Shown in pieces: positions 38,045-50,960 of a DNA stretch of 64,000 nt; position 1 is the first letter of the stretch; every line of letters starts with the position of its first letter. Source of the stretch: Felis catus (Eukaryota); NCBI RefSeq assembly GCF_018350175.1, contig NC_058368.1, positions 43,092,001-43,156,000 of the forward strand. Reading direction: 5' to 3'. The translations under genes and the position numbers were made by a program. Under the pieces are notes generated by a model. That model searched no databases, was not told where the DNA came from, and saw only the letters and a list, made by a program, of their open reading frames with translations.

Positions 38045-39248
38045 GAATACGCATGTGTGGTGGTACATAGAATGGAATAAGTCCCACGTTACACCAAAGA
38101 TTTAAATTCAACAAGATTTTTAAAATATTCTAAAGTTTTTATGTTACTTTTATCTCATCCATTTTAACTTATATCTTTGGTTATCTTCCATAATATAAAA
38201 AAAAACACAATTCAAGTATAGTATAAAGCATTTTAAAAATAAACAATTACATATACATATTTTGGGTTCATTACTTAAGAAATTTTACTGATTAAAGATC
38301 AGAAAAGTTTGAAGACAAAATGACTGTTGGCATGAACTTCTTTAGATTGTGACAAGGGTTCAATAATCAAAACATTTCTCTAGATTTGAAACTAAGAGAT
38401 ACGGCCATGTGAAAACACACATCTTATCAGTGTACAAGATTTTATTTACTTTTGTAATCACAAACTCTGGAGGAAAAAAAAGATATAATACAGGTTAAAA
38501 AGATGAAATGTGTATCCTTGTGAACTAAATTAGCATGTCTCAATACAAACATTAAGAACATGATTGAGAAACCACTTACATATATTGGTACCTATTTTGA
38601 ATATTAGTAGATAATGATTAAAAAGCACTGTATATTAAGTGTGAAAAGCACTTTTAAAACAAAGTGATTCTGACTCTTGGTTATCTCCTATAGGCATTTT
38701 GATGCGCAAAGAGATTTTGGCTAAACTTCTTAACCTTAATGCCGCCATAAGTTAATTAACACCAATACAAATAGGCACAACTGTGTGCAGTTTCTGAGTA
38801 TATAATCTGTGTTTTACATGTAAAACATTTGAATAAACATACTAGGAGAATCTGAACTGTGAAAAATAATCCATGTGCCTGCAAATTCTAAAATATGGAG
38901 AAATTTCCATCAGACTATCCATACAAAAATAATACATTTTAAATGAGCTTAGAGCACACAGTTCATTATTTGTTTTTTAAATGCTTTACTACAAACCAAC
39001 ATATAAACACCAATTCTCAATAACATCAATATATTTGAAAATTTATGCAAATGTAAAAACGTTTATTTAGTATAAAACAGTATAGTATAGAATATTATAT
39101 AGTATTATACATGATTTAAAATAAAGAATAAGTGAACAACATGGAATCATGTAAAATAGAGACCACAAATCCAAATGTCGGCATTTGGATGTGCATTAAA
39201 TATGTGGGATTTTTTAATTTCTAGAAACAAATATGCTCTCCCCAATTC

Positions 39249-39271
39249 TTTTTTTAAATTTATTTATTTAT

Positions 39272-39318
<47 letters not shown>

Positions 39319-39490
39319 AGGAGCAGGGGAAGGCAGAGAGAGAGGGAGAGAAAGAATCCCAAGCAGGCTCCATGCTTGTCAGTGCAGAGCCTGATACAGG
39401 GCTTGAACTTACCAACCAGGAGATCATGACCTGAGCCAAACTGAAATCAAGAGTCGGAAGTTTAACCACTGAGCCACCCAGGCACCACCC
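39249..39490 (-). mobile_element. CAN-SINE with long (GA)n
   Basis: Flanked by ccccaattctt on both sides. Extra C-run at the head. Confidence 0.94.
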
Positions 39491-41041
39491 CCCCCCGGCC
39501 CCAATTCTTCATGTAACATCAGCCTTGTGGTATATCACTTGTTTTGCAACTTTTGGTAGAGATATAAATACATCAAACTCTCATCCTAATATATTACAAA
39601 TACCCAAAGTAGAGATAAAAAAATTACAGTTGATACTGTAGGAAGCAACCTGAAGAGGTGGGGACTGTGGTAGAAGGCAGTGTATATGTCTAGTACTGGC
39701 AGCCATTCAGGGACATGGGAAGGGTTTTGACAGATTTGTTTTTGAACAGATACATGGATTTATATATGAAATCAATTGACTGATTTTTTTTCAGGTCCAA
39801 TCTTTAAGATACAGTGGAAGAAAAATGATATATTCTACTGACTGCATTTAGTCCATGGACATTAATTTCTGTTTCTAGATAAAGCCTCTAAAAATACTGA
39901 TTAATGACATTATTCCATTTGCGGGAAATTATTAGAAATTTTTACCACATTTACAGAAAACTTTGTTCTCCAAAAGCTGAATAGCTGTTAATATCATGTG
40001 AGTATCATAAAGAGATGATCCTCTATGACTGGTCAACTAGGGTGGAAAAGAGAGTGAAGGAGAGCCTTCATAGGAAGCCCAGATAAAATCCAGGAAAAGA
40101 AGTTTGCTTCAGGTGTGGTTGTAAAGTTAATGTATGTGATGCAGACACACATCAATTCTACTTATGTATGTAGTTACAGTTCCAATCTAATTTACTTCTC
40201 CTGCATTTGAACATTTTTCAAATCCACGAGAGAGTGACTCATCATTAGTGTGGAAAGGCTGTAGGATGAGGTGAAAAGAGCATCATCTCTGAAGCTGTGT
40301 ATCCTTGGGTGTGAATGTCACTTAGCTATATGGCCTTAAACAATTCATTAAATCTCTGTAAGTTTCTATTTCATTATCATGTCTATTTCAAAAGGTTTAT
40401 TGTGATGATAAATATGTGAGGCCTCTGCACCATGTAGTGTTGATAATGGTCCTTGATGAATGTGAGTTTTTCCCAGTGCAGACTGTTTAGATGCCTGTAG
40501 AAGTTTAGATGTTGAAAGAATGCATATTTGCATACTGCTAGGGTATACACTCAAATGTAGATAATGAGAATGATTCAAATTGTATGAGAGAGAAATGTGA
40601 ATGATTAAAGTAAATTAAAACGACAATATAAACTGGTTACTTTATTATCATACATTTCTGGTGTAAATGAGAAATGGTACAGCTGTTACGGAAGATGGTT
40701 TTGTAGTTTCCCACAAATGCAGAGATATTCTTACCATATGATACAGAATTTATGCTCTTAGATATTTACTAAATGAATTGAAATCTTACCTCCACACAAA
40801 CACCTGCACACAAGTGTTTACACAAGCTTCATCCATAATTACTAAATGTTGGAAGCAACCAAGATGTCCTTTGATAAGGTTAATGGATAAACTGTGGTAC
40901 ATCCAAACAGTGCCACATAGCAATGAAAAATGAGTTCTCAAACCAGGAAAAACATGAAGGAAACATAAATTCATATTACTAAATGAAAGAAGTCCATTTG
41001 AAAAGGCTATATACTCTTAAGATTTTAATAATATGCCATTC

Positions 41042-41235
41042 TTTCTTTATTTTTAATGTTTATTTAAAATAAACATTAAAGAGAGAGAGACAGAGAGAGA
41101 GAGAGAGAGCAGGGGAGGGACAGAGAGAGAGACAGAGGATCTGAAGCAGAGTCTGTGCTGTCAGAACACAGAGCTCTAACTCGTCCATCTGAGCCCAAGT
41201 TGGATACTTAAGCGACTGAACCACCCAGGCACCCC
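41042..41235 (-). mobile_element. CAN-SINE with internal deletion and palindromic tail
   Basis: Ends ccacccaggcacccc. Tail contains a 14-bp-arm inverted repeat at 41052-41080. Confidence 0.9.
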
Positions 41236-41264
41236 TAACAATACATTCTAAAAGAGGCAAAACT

Positions 41265-41485
41265 GGGGGTGAAGGACTCTCAGTTAAGGACAGACTCTTG
41301 GTTGCAGCTCTGATAATGAATTCGCGGATGATGAGTTTGAGCCCTGCATGGGGCTTCACGCTGGTATTGCAGAGCCTGCTTGGGATCTCTCTCCTCTCTC
41401 TGCCCCTCCCCCCCACTCATTCGTGCACACATGCACACACACTTCTCTTTCAAAATAAACAAGTAAATTTCTTTAAAACAATAAA
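41265..41485 (+). mobile_element. CAN-SINE (diverged)
   Basis: SINE body and tail. Approximate TSD aaag..gcaaaact. Confidence 0.88.
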
Positions 41486-44400
41486 AGTAGCAAAACTATA
41501 GAGACAGTAAAAATATCATTAAAAAAAACAGAGACACAGATTGCCATGTAGAAGGAAATAAGTGGAGGGTAATTGAATATGTGGATTAATGAAGAGTATG
41601 ATTCCATTTATTAATGTTTGATACTGACAGATTTTAGGCTTCATTCCTTTTTCTTCCCTTTTTGCTCCACTTCTGGAAAAACTGATAAGAAAATTTGGAT
41701 GCTCCTTCATTTAGCACCTGTGAGAATTTCAAATCATAAAAGTCCCTGCCTTTGGGAAATTCTCACTCATGCCATACCCCTAGCCACCTTGAGCCAGTTT
41801 CCTTATTATTTTTGGACCCATTTGGGAGCCACTCTTCTTTCCCTACAAAGTCTTAACCTTTTTACAATCTTTTACGGTGTGTATGTTATCATTCTCATCA
41901 TAGAATCAAGTTTTGGGTGGGCGTCCATTTTGTATCTGTAGGATGTTCACAATAGTCAGTGAGTTCTGTGAGTAATATGTCCAGAATATAAGGGGTCTTT
42001 TATATGTTTGTCTGTGTGGCTTACTAGTTCTGCTGCCAGCTGACAAGTAAGTATACTCTTTGAGCTCTTGCTTAGTGGCTACCTTGTATTTTGAGCTGTG
42101 CTGCTTAAAGTTGCATTTTCAGAGTATTACCCAGTCTCTGTCTTAACTGACCTATTTACTGGAGGTTTCAAGAATTGGCATTTAGCAATAGGAGTATGAA
42201 TTTAGGGCCCTTCTGAAAGTGGCCCAGGTTCATATGTTTTACCCCAGAACTCCGTGTTTCAGAGTGACCTGTGTGTCTTAGTCCCAGCATAAACCATGAC
42301 TGAAGCCAGGTTCAGAGAAACAATTCTTACCCTGTGACTGTTGGTGGTGTGTGTCAACCAAGCAAATGCGACAGTGATGGAGGAAGGCATCCCTCTCTTA
42401 GAAACTTTGACTACCTGAGGAGCCCCTTGGGACTGACTGAGTGAATAGGAGTTCATATGCTACATTGGTGTCTTCAGCACCATTCCACATTATGGAACTT
42501 GCTGGAGAGATGCTATTTTTGATCTCTTAACCAGGAGGAACATTAACATACTCTATATATCTACCTTGCCTATTGATCAGCTTAGTCAGCCATTTGTCCT
42601 AGCCACTTTATACTTCTCTGTTGATCACTTCTGATTTCATCTGTTGGTGATCTCACTACATCTCTGTTCTCCTGAGATCAACTGTCTGGGTAGCAAATAA
42701 TGAGACCCCTACTCCAAAACATGGATTGACATTACTCTTTAAAGGGAAGATCTCTCTAACTGTACCACATATATAAGGTGTTTTAGAGAACAACTACTCT
42801 TCAAGCTGATGCACCAAATTCTGATGGTGCTACTAACTTGACTACCAGTGGGGGAAAAATGCATGGTGTTGCCACTTACTCCTGCATTAACATCAGGGTA
42901 TAGTTTATCTTCTATCCATAGAAACACCTCTGCCATCTTTGAGCCTCAAAGTGTACAGCCTCCATTCTTTAGACAAAATGTGATGTAGCCCTCACCCAAA
43001 CACAAAAAGCCTTTCATTGTTTCTGACTCAGGATGAATAGCAGTAGGAAAATCTTTCTATACAAGAAAATTTTACTCCAACCCCTCAAAGTGGCCCCTAT
43101 GGACCAGAAAAAAAAATCACAATAAGTCTCCAATATTGATTTATTGATTCACAATGACTGTACTTTTTTCTCTAGTAAAATGTGGACATTTCTTGCAAAT
43201 TAAAACACTTTGTTATAGTAGTTCTGTCAAGGAGGATAGAAAAGGGAGTATTTAGGGTTTCAAGGCCCAAAGGTATTTTGTCTCAGGAATTGCTAGGACT
43301 CAGACATAAAGCAATGCTTAACTGATTATGCAAGGGATTAAGATGTATGCCACTAGAACTAAGAGAAGATACAAAGCAGGAATAGAGAACTCAAAAACAA
43401 ATAAGTAGTAAAGTACACACTCTGCCTTGAACTTATAATATCCTAAAATCTAGGAGGGCCATGAATAGCCTATATGCAGTATGACTTATATTTCAATGAA
43501 GAGCTATAATCAAAGTGTTGCTACACATATTTAATGAATTGGGAGGCAGAATATATTATCAGACTATGCAGCAATGGAAGCACTCTGGTTAGTGATGCAA
43601 CTTTCTTAGAAAGAAGGAGTCTTAGCAACTTAAGACAGTTTCTGATCTTTGCTTTTATTGAGCAAATTCAGATTGAGCAATTTCAATCGATCACTAGGTT
43701 AGGTCATAAAATGATTTCTGTTTCAGAGAAGTTTCTGTAATTTGCTGATATTTAAATATCAATAAGTCCATAATGCTTGGTCAGAGTAGTTATATCTATC
43801 ACCTTTAAGAGGTCAGTTTTGGAACAGCTGTGGAAGATCATTTGTGGCAGTTCATCTACATTTGTAATAGGGAAAGAAGAATTATTTACTCATTCATTCC
43901 CTACTCTCCTACAATTGTCATTCATGTTCACAAACCAATTGAAACCTGTTATCCATCCTGATAGAGGATATCCCCCTGAAGGAGGATATCCCCTTGAGGG
44001 AAGTGTCAAATTCCTTTTTTCTTTTTCTGGAGGGAATGGCTCACAAAGACACAGAAGTCACAATTTTTTAGTCATAGGCAACATCTGCAATCAGAAGAAG
44101 GGCCTATAGAGCCACCAGAAAAAAAAAATCGGTCTCCAAATTCATGTTTATCCAGGTATTTTTGATCTGAGTAATATGGACTATTCAGTTTTCCACTGAG
44201 GTTATAAAATTATCTTCTAAGGCCAATGCAAAGGTGGGTGTGGGAATTGTGTAGGGAAGGAGGGAGAGAGGAAGAGGGGGAGATAAAAAGAAAGAAAAAG
44301 AGATAGCAAGAGAGGGAGAGAGTGCAAACATGCACATTTATACTCCCCAATGACTCTCAGCTACCTGAGAGCTCAACCAGACAAAAAGGGTAAGATCCTA

Positions 44401-45011
44401 TGTAAGACAAAAATAATTTAAGAGTTGAAATGCATGTTCTTATGGAGGTTATTGCTAGAGAAGCTGATATGGCTGGCAGATAGTATAGTCTGCAGGGCGA
44501 CATGACTAACATATTTAAAAATAATTTTCCTTTGGGCATTGTCGTTATTGTTATGGTTTCATTATTATGATAAGATTTATTATTGATCTAGTGGGCTATA
44601 AAGGTAATGGCCAAAAATATTTGATTTGGATTTCTCAGCCTAAACGTTTTTCTTTAAATGTGTTCACTCTATAAGGCCTACACATGTGCAACATAAAGAC
44701 TTAATATATGAGGCTGTATCTGTTTTTATAGAAAGAAATCCTATATGGGTATTTTAGTAATTCAGTGCCTATTGGACCATTAGCCTTATCACATAGTTAA
44801 GCTATTTGTTTTGATCTATATGTCTATAGAAATGTATTGATAGGTAAGTCTGTCTATAGCAAAGAATATCATGTGATGTTCAGGCCATCATAGAAAGAAT
44901 TCAATGTTTGCTATGTGCAATTCATTGCTATTATGAAGCGGCATTTTATTGGTTCATCCACTTCAGGATGTTATATCCTAACAACCTCAGGTTGTTAGGA
45001 TATTATCTCTG

Positions 45012-45216
45012 TTTTTTTAATATTTATTTTTTATTTATTTTGAGAGAGAGAGGGTGTGCACAAGCAGGGGAAGGGAAGAGAGAGAGAGAATTCCAACCAG
45101 GCTCCATGCTACCAGCACAGAGCCCAGTTCAGGGCTCAATCCCACAAATCAGGAGATCATGACCTGAGCTGAAATTAAGAGTCAGACGCTTAACCAACTG
45201 AGCCACCCAGACACCC
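45012..45216 (-). mobile_element. CAN-SINE
   Basis: TSD tatctctgttttt on both sides (from 45004 and from 45217). Confidence 0.95.
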
Positions 45217-45414
45217 TATCTCTGTTTTTAACAAGTACATAGCCACATATTTATGAAAATGGCTAAGGTTTTAGGAGTCAGTTTTGTCTGTTAATCAGAA
45301 GCATAATTTTCTTAACAAAATGGAACCTTTGAGGGTTTGTCCCATGTTATATGATTTTAAATCAGAGAGACCCATTTCAAAGTGAGAAAGGCTAGAAAAC
45401 TATGACTTAAAAAC

Positions 45415-46030
45415 ATTTTTTTTTAAATTGAAGTGTAGCTGACATAAAAGAGTTTTAGATATACAACATAGTGGTTTGACAGTTATATACATCATGAAAG
45501 ACTCACCTTGAGAAGTATAGTTACGATCAGTCACTAAAGTTATTACAATATTATTGTTTATATTCCTTATGTGGCACTCTCCATCCCTATATCTTACTTA
45601 TTTTATAACTGGAAATTGGTACCTCTTAATCTCCTTCACCTATTTCATCTATTCCCCCACCCCCTTCCCTCTGGCAACCATCAGTTTATTCTCTAAATTT
45701 ATGAGTCTATTCCTGTTTGGTGTTTGTTCATTTGTTTTGTTCTTTTTACCAAAACATGTATTTATTTATTTATTCATTCATTCATTCACTCATTCATTTA
45801 TTTATTTTTGAGAGAGAGAGAGGGAGATGGCAAGGGGCAGAAGGAGAGGGAGATAGAGAAAATTATAAGCAGGCTCCATGCTATCAGCATAAAGCCCAAT
45901 GTGGGGTTCAAACTCATGAACAACAAGATCATGAGCCAAAATCAAGAGTTATCTGCCTGAACCCCAATTTGTTTTGGTCTTTATATTCCACATATAAGTG
46001 AAATCATATGGTATTTGTCTTTCTCTCACT
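45415..46030 (-). mobile_element. L1MA-like 3' end, split by a SINE
   Basis: ttaaattgaagtgtagctgacata, cctctggcaaccatcagttt, ttccacatataagtgaaatcatatggtatttgtctttctc. Confidence 0.88.
45745..45965 (-). mobile_element. CAN-SINE (head degraded), (TTCA)n tail
   Basis: gcaggctccatgctatcagca..gcccaatgtgggg..aagatcatga. Confidence 0.88.
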
Positions 46031-46849
46031 TATGGTAATAATGAGCTTTTTAAAAATGATGGAATAGGTTTCCATTAAGATCCTGTAACAGACCAGTTAC
46101 CAGTTAGCAGCTACTAAAGACACATAAGAAGCCACAATTCAAACTGTAGAAATACCAAGTGAGTCTTGATGACAAATGTTCTAGCCAACCTAATTTGGCA
46201 AGTAATATTTGCAATTTCCTAGGGTTAAAAAAAAAAGTTAAGAGACTCCAGGGAAGAATTTAATTTATCATTGCCTTGACTGTATTTACAGCTTCTTTAA
46301 AATTTAGATATCTAGTTATTTGGTATAAAAGTTGTAGTAAATTCCCAGATGTAGAAAGTGCTATGTCAAACTTCCAAAGACACCAATTGGTTTTGGGCCA
46401 GTTTGTTTGTAGTTGGTAGCTTAAGGGTAAACAATTTATCTTCAGAATGTTCATACAGCAACCAATAGTTCGTATTGTATAAGGGTTCCCTCACCCTATT
46501 GATAATAGGTTGCTGGCATACCAAAGTAAAGGCAGGGAATCCTATTTTTGTTGTCTTTTTGGAAGGCTATAAGAAATAAAGCATTGGCAATATCCAAAGC
46601 AAAATATCAAATGCAGTTCTGCTAATACACTCACAATTCAGAGGTAAGTACTGTAAAAGTTATAATGGTTCAAGAAAACAAAAACAAAAACAATCCAGTT
46701 TATACCAAAGAAAATTCAAAAAGCTCAGCAACTGGGGGTATCAGGACCTCTGGAAGAGGGGGAAAAGTCAGAGCTGAGTATGAAAATATGGGTTATAAGT
46801 GTATTTAAAATACAGTATTTGAAATTGGAAAAAATATTGATAAGTATTT

Positions 46850-46945
46850 GAAGCTGGGCTTTAGGAAGATGGGAGTTTACTATACTCTTGTCTCCATTTT
46901 GATTTATGCTAGAAACTTTCCATAATAAAAGGTTTTTAAAAAAAA
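46850..46945 (+). mobile_element. Short old L1 3' end
   Basis: gggagtttactatactc...tttccataataaaa followed by an A-run. Confidence 0.6.
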
Positions 46946-46949
46946 CAGG

Positions 46950-47724
46950 GTCCCAGGCATTCTCCCTAAATCTGCATAGCTACAAAGATATCCCTAATTG
47001 ATCCTGATGGAAACTAGAAGTTTATTGTGACGAATGAATAAAATCAAGATCTCTGAATATGCAGGCATCAGAAAGAACTGAGGAAGAGGGTATTATACTC
47101 AAATCAAGGGCACTAAACAAACATTTATAACCTAAATGCAGAGACTTGCAGCCTTTTTTTTTCTCCTCTTGGACCACCAAAATAATGAGTCATATTCCCC
47201 AGGTAAGATATTAAAAGAATCTTACACAAGGAATCTAACCATTTCAAGAATAAGACTTGAAGAAACCAACACCAGGACTTCTCCCATAAGTAGTCCAACC
47301 TGTAATCTTAAAATGCAAGTGGACACACACACACACACATACACAGCTTTCAATTAGTTTTTTGGTTCCCATTCTTAAAAATGAGCAGATAACCAAAGAT
47401 GACTAGATACCTGAAGAAAGCTGTTAAAATGAATGACAAGAAGATATCAAACAAATAAGGGAAAAAGCAACTTGGTAAAACAGAGACTATTTAGGAAAAT
47501 GAAAACCTCAAACAGCAACAAAAACAACTTGCCATTAATATCCTCAGAGGAGGGGAGATATTGCATCCATAAAGTAAAAATACAATGCTATTAAAGGTGT
47601 AATTAGAAAACATCAAAAAACTCTCAGAAATTAAAAATGTGATAGGAGAAATTAAAAGCTAAATAAACAAAGGATTGGAAGATCAAGCTAAACACATCTC
47701 CCAAACAGAAGACCAAAAAGACAA

Positions 47725-47766
<42 letters not shown>

Positions 47767-48600
47767 GGAAAACAGGAAGAAAATGTAAGAAAAATAAAGA
47801 ATCCCTCCTAAGATGTAATGTCTGTAAAACAGGGGTTCTAAAAAAGACACAAGAGGAAATAGTAGAAAGAAAAACAATCAAAGAATAAATTTAAAATAAT
47901 TTCCAATAACCAAAAAACTTGAGTTTCTGGATTGAAGGACTCACTAAAAAGCTGAGCAAAAAAGATGAAAATAAAGCTGATCAAGGAACATCAATGAAAA
48001 TTTCAGAATTCTGGGAATAAAGAAAAGATCTAAAAGTCACAGAAGAAGAGAAAAAAAGGTTATATACTAAGAATCAACAAGCAGATGGGTTTCAGGTTTA
48101 TCAATAGTAATACCAGAAGTTAAGGAAAATGAAATAATGTCTTCAAAATCATAAGGGAAAATAATTTCCAATCCGGAATTCTATACCAAACAAAAGTGTA
48201 AAATAAGTATAAAAATCAACTAGCGATATTTTTAGGCATACACATTATTTTGATTTTCATCCTGTGCATCCTTTATAAGAAAACTAATGAATGAAGTGCT
48301 TCACCAAGATGAGGAAACTAAACAATAGGAAGACACTGGGTTCGAAACAAGAAAGAAAAGAAGGAACAACTCAGTATTAAAATAAAGGGAGACATCAGAG
48401 TAAGAGTGGAAAAGCAGAGTCAGAGAACATTATCCAGATCAAGGAAAGTCAGAAGTTTCTAAGAGATGTCTCCAAGAATATTTATTTGAGAATATCTAAA
48501 ATTAATAAATGTAATGATAGGGGATTATAACAGGCAGGGAATAGGGTGTGGAACATGGCAGTTGGGGATAAATTTTGAAAAGTTTTATTTAAAATAAGTA
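46950..48600 (+). mobile_element. HAL1/old-L1 ORF1-like element (degraded)
   Basis: ORF1-like blocks gaaaatttcagaattctgggaataaagaaaagatctaaaag, tcttcaaaatcataagggaaaataatttccaa..gaattctatacc, gtgcttcaccaagatgagg. Confidence 0.7.
47726..47765. repeat. (AAT)n microsatellite
   Basis: Directly visible. Confidence 0.95.
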
Positions 48601-48606
48601 AACAAT

Positions 48607-48840
48607 GGGGTGCCTGGGTGGCTCAGTCAGTTAAGTGTCTGACTTTTGCTCAGGTCATGATCTCATAGCTTGTGAGTTTGAGCCCTGCATTGGGCTCTGC
48701 ACTGACAGCTCAGAGCCTGGAGCCTGCTTCGGATTCTGTATCTCCCTCTCTCTCTCTGCCCCTCCCCCACTCACACTCTGTCTCTCTCTATCTCTCTCTC
48801 AAAAATAAATAAACATTAAAAAAATAAAATAAAATAAAAT
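48607..48840 (+). mobile_element. CAN-SINE
   Basis: TSD aaaataagtaaacaa at 48591-48605 and 48841-48855. Confidence 0.96.
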
Positions 48841-48964
48841 AAAATAAGTAAACAAATAAAAAGGAGACATACTTTAGCACCACACAAAACAGAAAATTAG
48901 AGAGAAAGGGAAAAGTAATTATGGTTTTCTACATGGCTCAACAGCAAATAGCATTACATAATAT

Positions 48965-48966
48965 AA

Positions 48967-49006
<40 letters not shown>

Positions 49007-49125
49007 GAAAAAAGAAAGTGAAGAAGAAAGAGGAGGAGGAGGAGAATAAGGAAGGAAGGAAGGAAGGAAGGAAGGAAGGAAGGAAGGAAGGAAGGAAGGG
49101 AGGGAGGAAGGAAGGGAGGAAGGGG
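48965..49125. repeat. (GAAA)n/(GGA)n/(GGAA)n polypurine tract
   Basis: About 160 bp of almost pure purines. Confidence 0.95.
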
Positions 49126-49271
49126 TCTGCAATATCCAAAGCAAAATACCAGTACTGACAACACACTCACAAGTAAGGGGTGGGTAGGTAGTAATAATGG
49201 TCTCTACTTCCTTATCTAAGCCTTTACCATCCACAGAAGTTTCAGGAACCTTCAAGAACCATTGGCCTTCA

Positions 49272-49500
49272 GGGGGCACCTGGGTGGCTCAGTCAGTTAA
49301 GCATCTGACTGCGGCTCAGGTCATGATCTCACAGTTTGTGAGTTTGAGCCCCGCATCAGGCTCTGGGCTGACAGCTCAGAGACTGCTGCCTACTTTGGAT
49401 TCTGTGTCTTCTTCTCTCTCTCTGACCCTCCCCTGTTCATACTCTGTCTCTCTCAAAAAATAAATAAACATTAAAAAAATAAAAAAACAATAAAAAAACA
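49272..49500 (+). mobile_element. CAN-SINE
   Basis: Approximate TSD ca(t/c)tggccttca on both sides. Confidence 0.95.
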
Positions 49501-50639
49501 AAACACTGGCCTTCAAGGGCCAAGCAGAGTTATAACACTTAGGAACCATACTGAATAGCACCATTGTTTTAATAAACCTTCTGTGAGATGATCAAGTTCT
49601 TTTTCTTTTACTGACTGTGGTATTATTTCAATCATATAATTTTGGCAGGCTTTATGGATACAGAATATTCTTGGATGTATATAGAATTGATTTTCCTAAA
49701 AGCCACAGGTGTGGGTAGCAATGCATGTATTCAATCAGCATGTTCGGGGTCCTGAAGGTCTATTCCGTTCTTTTGGCGGCTTAGCAGAGAGTTGGCTCAA
49801 CAGGTCTGAGTTCGTTCACAAGAAGAATGGGTTAGGACTACTTACTGTGCTCACAAGACTTTCTGTTTTTAACAAGGAAAGTTCTCTGACTAGGCAGTTT
49901 TTATTGTTACATAGTTAACATGGATAATTCCTGCTCCCCCTCAAACTAAAAATATAGAAGGTGTTATGTAGATGGGATGCCTTTCTACCGGAACTTGGCT
50001 ATAACATTTATAGACTGTCAGTGCTCGGCCTTAAAGCAAAGGATAATGAGTTAGTGTATCAGGTGTCCTCGGCTAGGAAGTTTTTCCCCAGCAAGTCCTA
50101 TATTTTATATCTGCGTCGTGGTATGTATCCATTAACATTTTACATGACAGCATGGCCAGGCCATGATAAGCTGAGACAACATTATACTCCGTATGTGAAT
50201 GACTGCATGTCACTCTTCTTTCCTCGAGAAGTAAAACCCATGGTTCCCCATTTGTTCTGTTTCTCATATTTCACTGAATCAATCAGCTCGTTGTAAAAGA
50301 AACAGCCAGAGATTAAGTAACCTGAGTTGGAATAGTTTGTTCCATACGTTTTATCCTTTTATTCCCTGCCAATCCTATTTGGTTTTTAATTGTGTAGGGT
50401 AGCAATTTTCTAAAATCTTTGTAGGGAAATAATTTAGGATATTATAAAAGAAACATTTGGAATGAGTAAGGGTTTGGTCTACAGCTAATATTTATAAATA
50501 TATTGCTAACATACACTAAGAACTTCTTTTTTGCCACTTATTGTCTTAAACTCATTACAAGGGATAATCTGTAATGATCAAGATCTCTATGAGAATTAGT
50601 AAATAAATGATACCCCTATGGTACTCAAAAATCTAGATG

Positions 50640-50960
50640 TATTAACTTATAATTTTAATATAAAAAGTTATTTTGTGATAGTAATAAAGTATATATGTAT
50701 CTCACCTTTGGTAAAGATCTTTCTAAGTATAAGAAAAAAAGAAAAAGGATATTGAAAAGAACAATCTATTTGGACACAAAAATACAAAAATTCTGCATAC
50801 AAAAGCACCGTAAACAAGGCTTAAATGTTAAACTGAAAAAAATCCTTGTTATGCATTTGACACACTTGGTATAAAGGGTTCTTGTATGTTGATAAGAAAA
50901 TGAGGGACATCTAAATAGAAAAATATTTGAAATACTTAAATGCCCGGCTCATACCAGATA
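50640..50960 (+). mobile_element. Ancient L1 ORF2 3' fragment
   Basis: ggtaaagatctttctaag, aaaaattctgcatacaaaagcaccgtaaacaagg resemble a late ORF2 region. Confidence 0.5.

Larger units (their letters stand above)
40630..41625 (+). mobile_element. Old L1 (L1MB/MC-like) 3' region, split by two SINEs
   Basis: ccacacaaacacctgcacacaagtgttta, ggaagcaaccaagatgtcc, aactgtggtacatcc, ggcaaaact...atagagacagtaaaaa. Confidence 0.85.
41640..46560 (-). mobile_element. Probable degraded ERV (class I-like) internal sequence, interrupted by SINEs and an L1 end
   Basis: GC content is higher than the flanks. The minus strand near 45240-45390 reads like a gag start (atgggtctctctgat...gggaca...aaaattatg), and WPK..W.LW.FD occurs in ORF 46260-46454. 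No LTRs identified; resemblance only. Confidence 0.4.
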
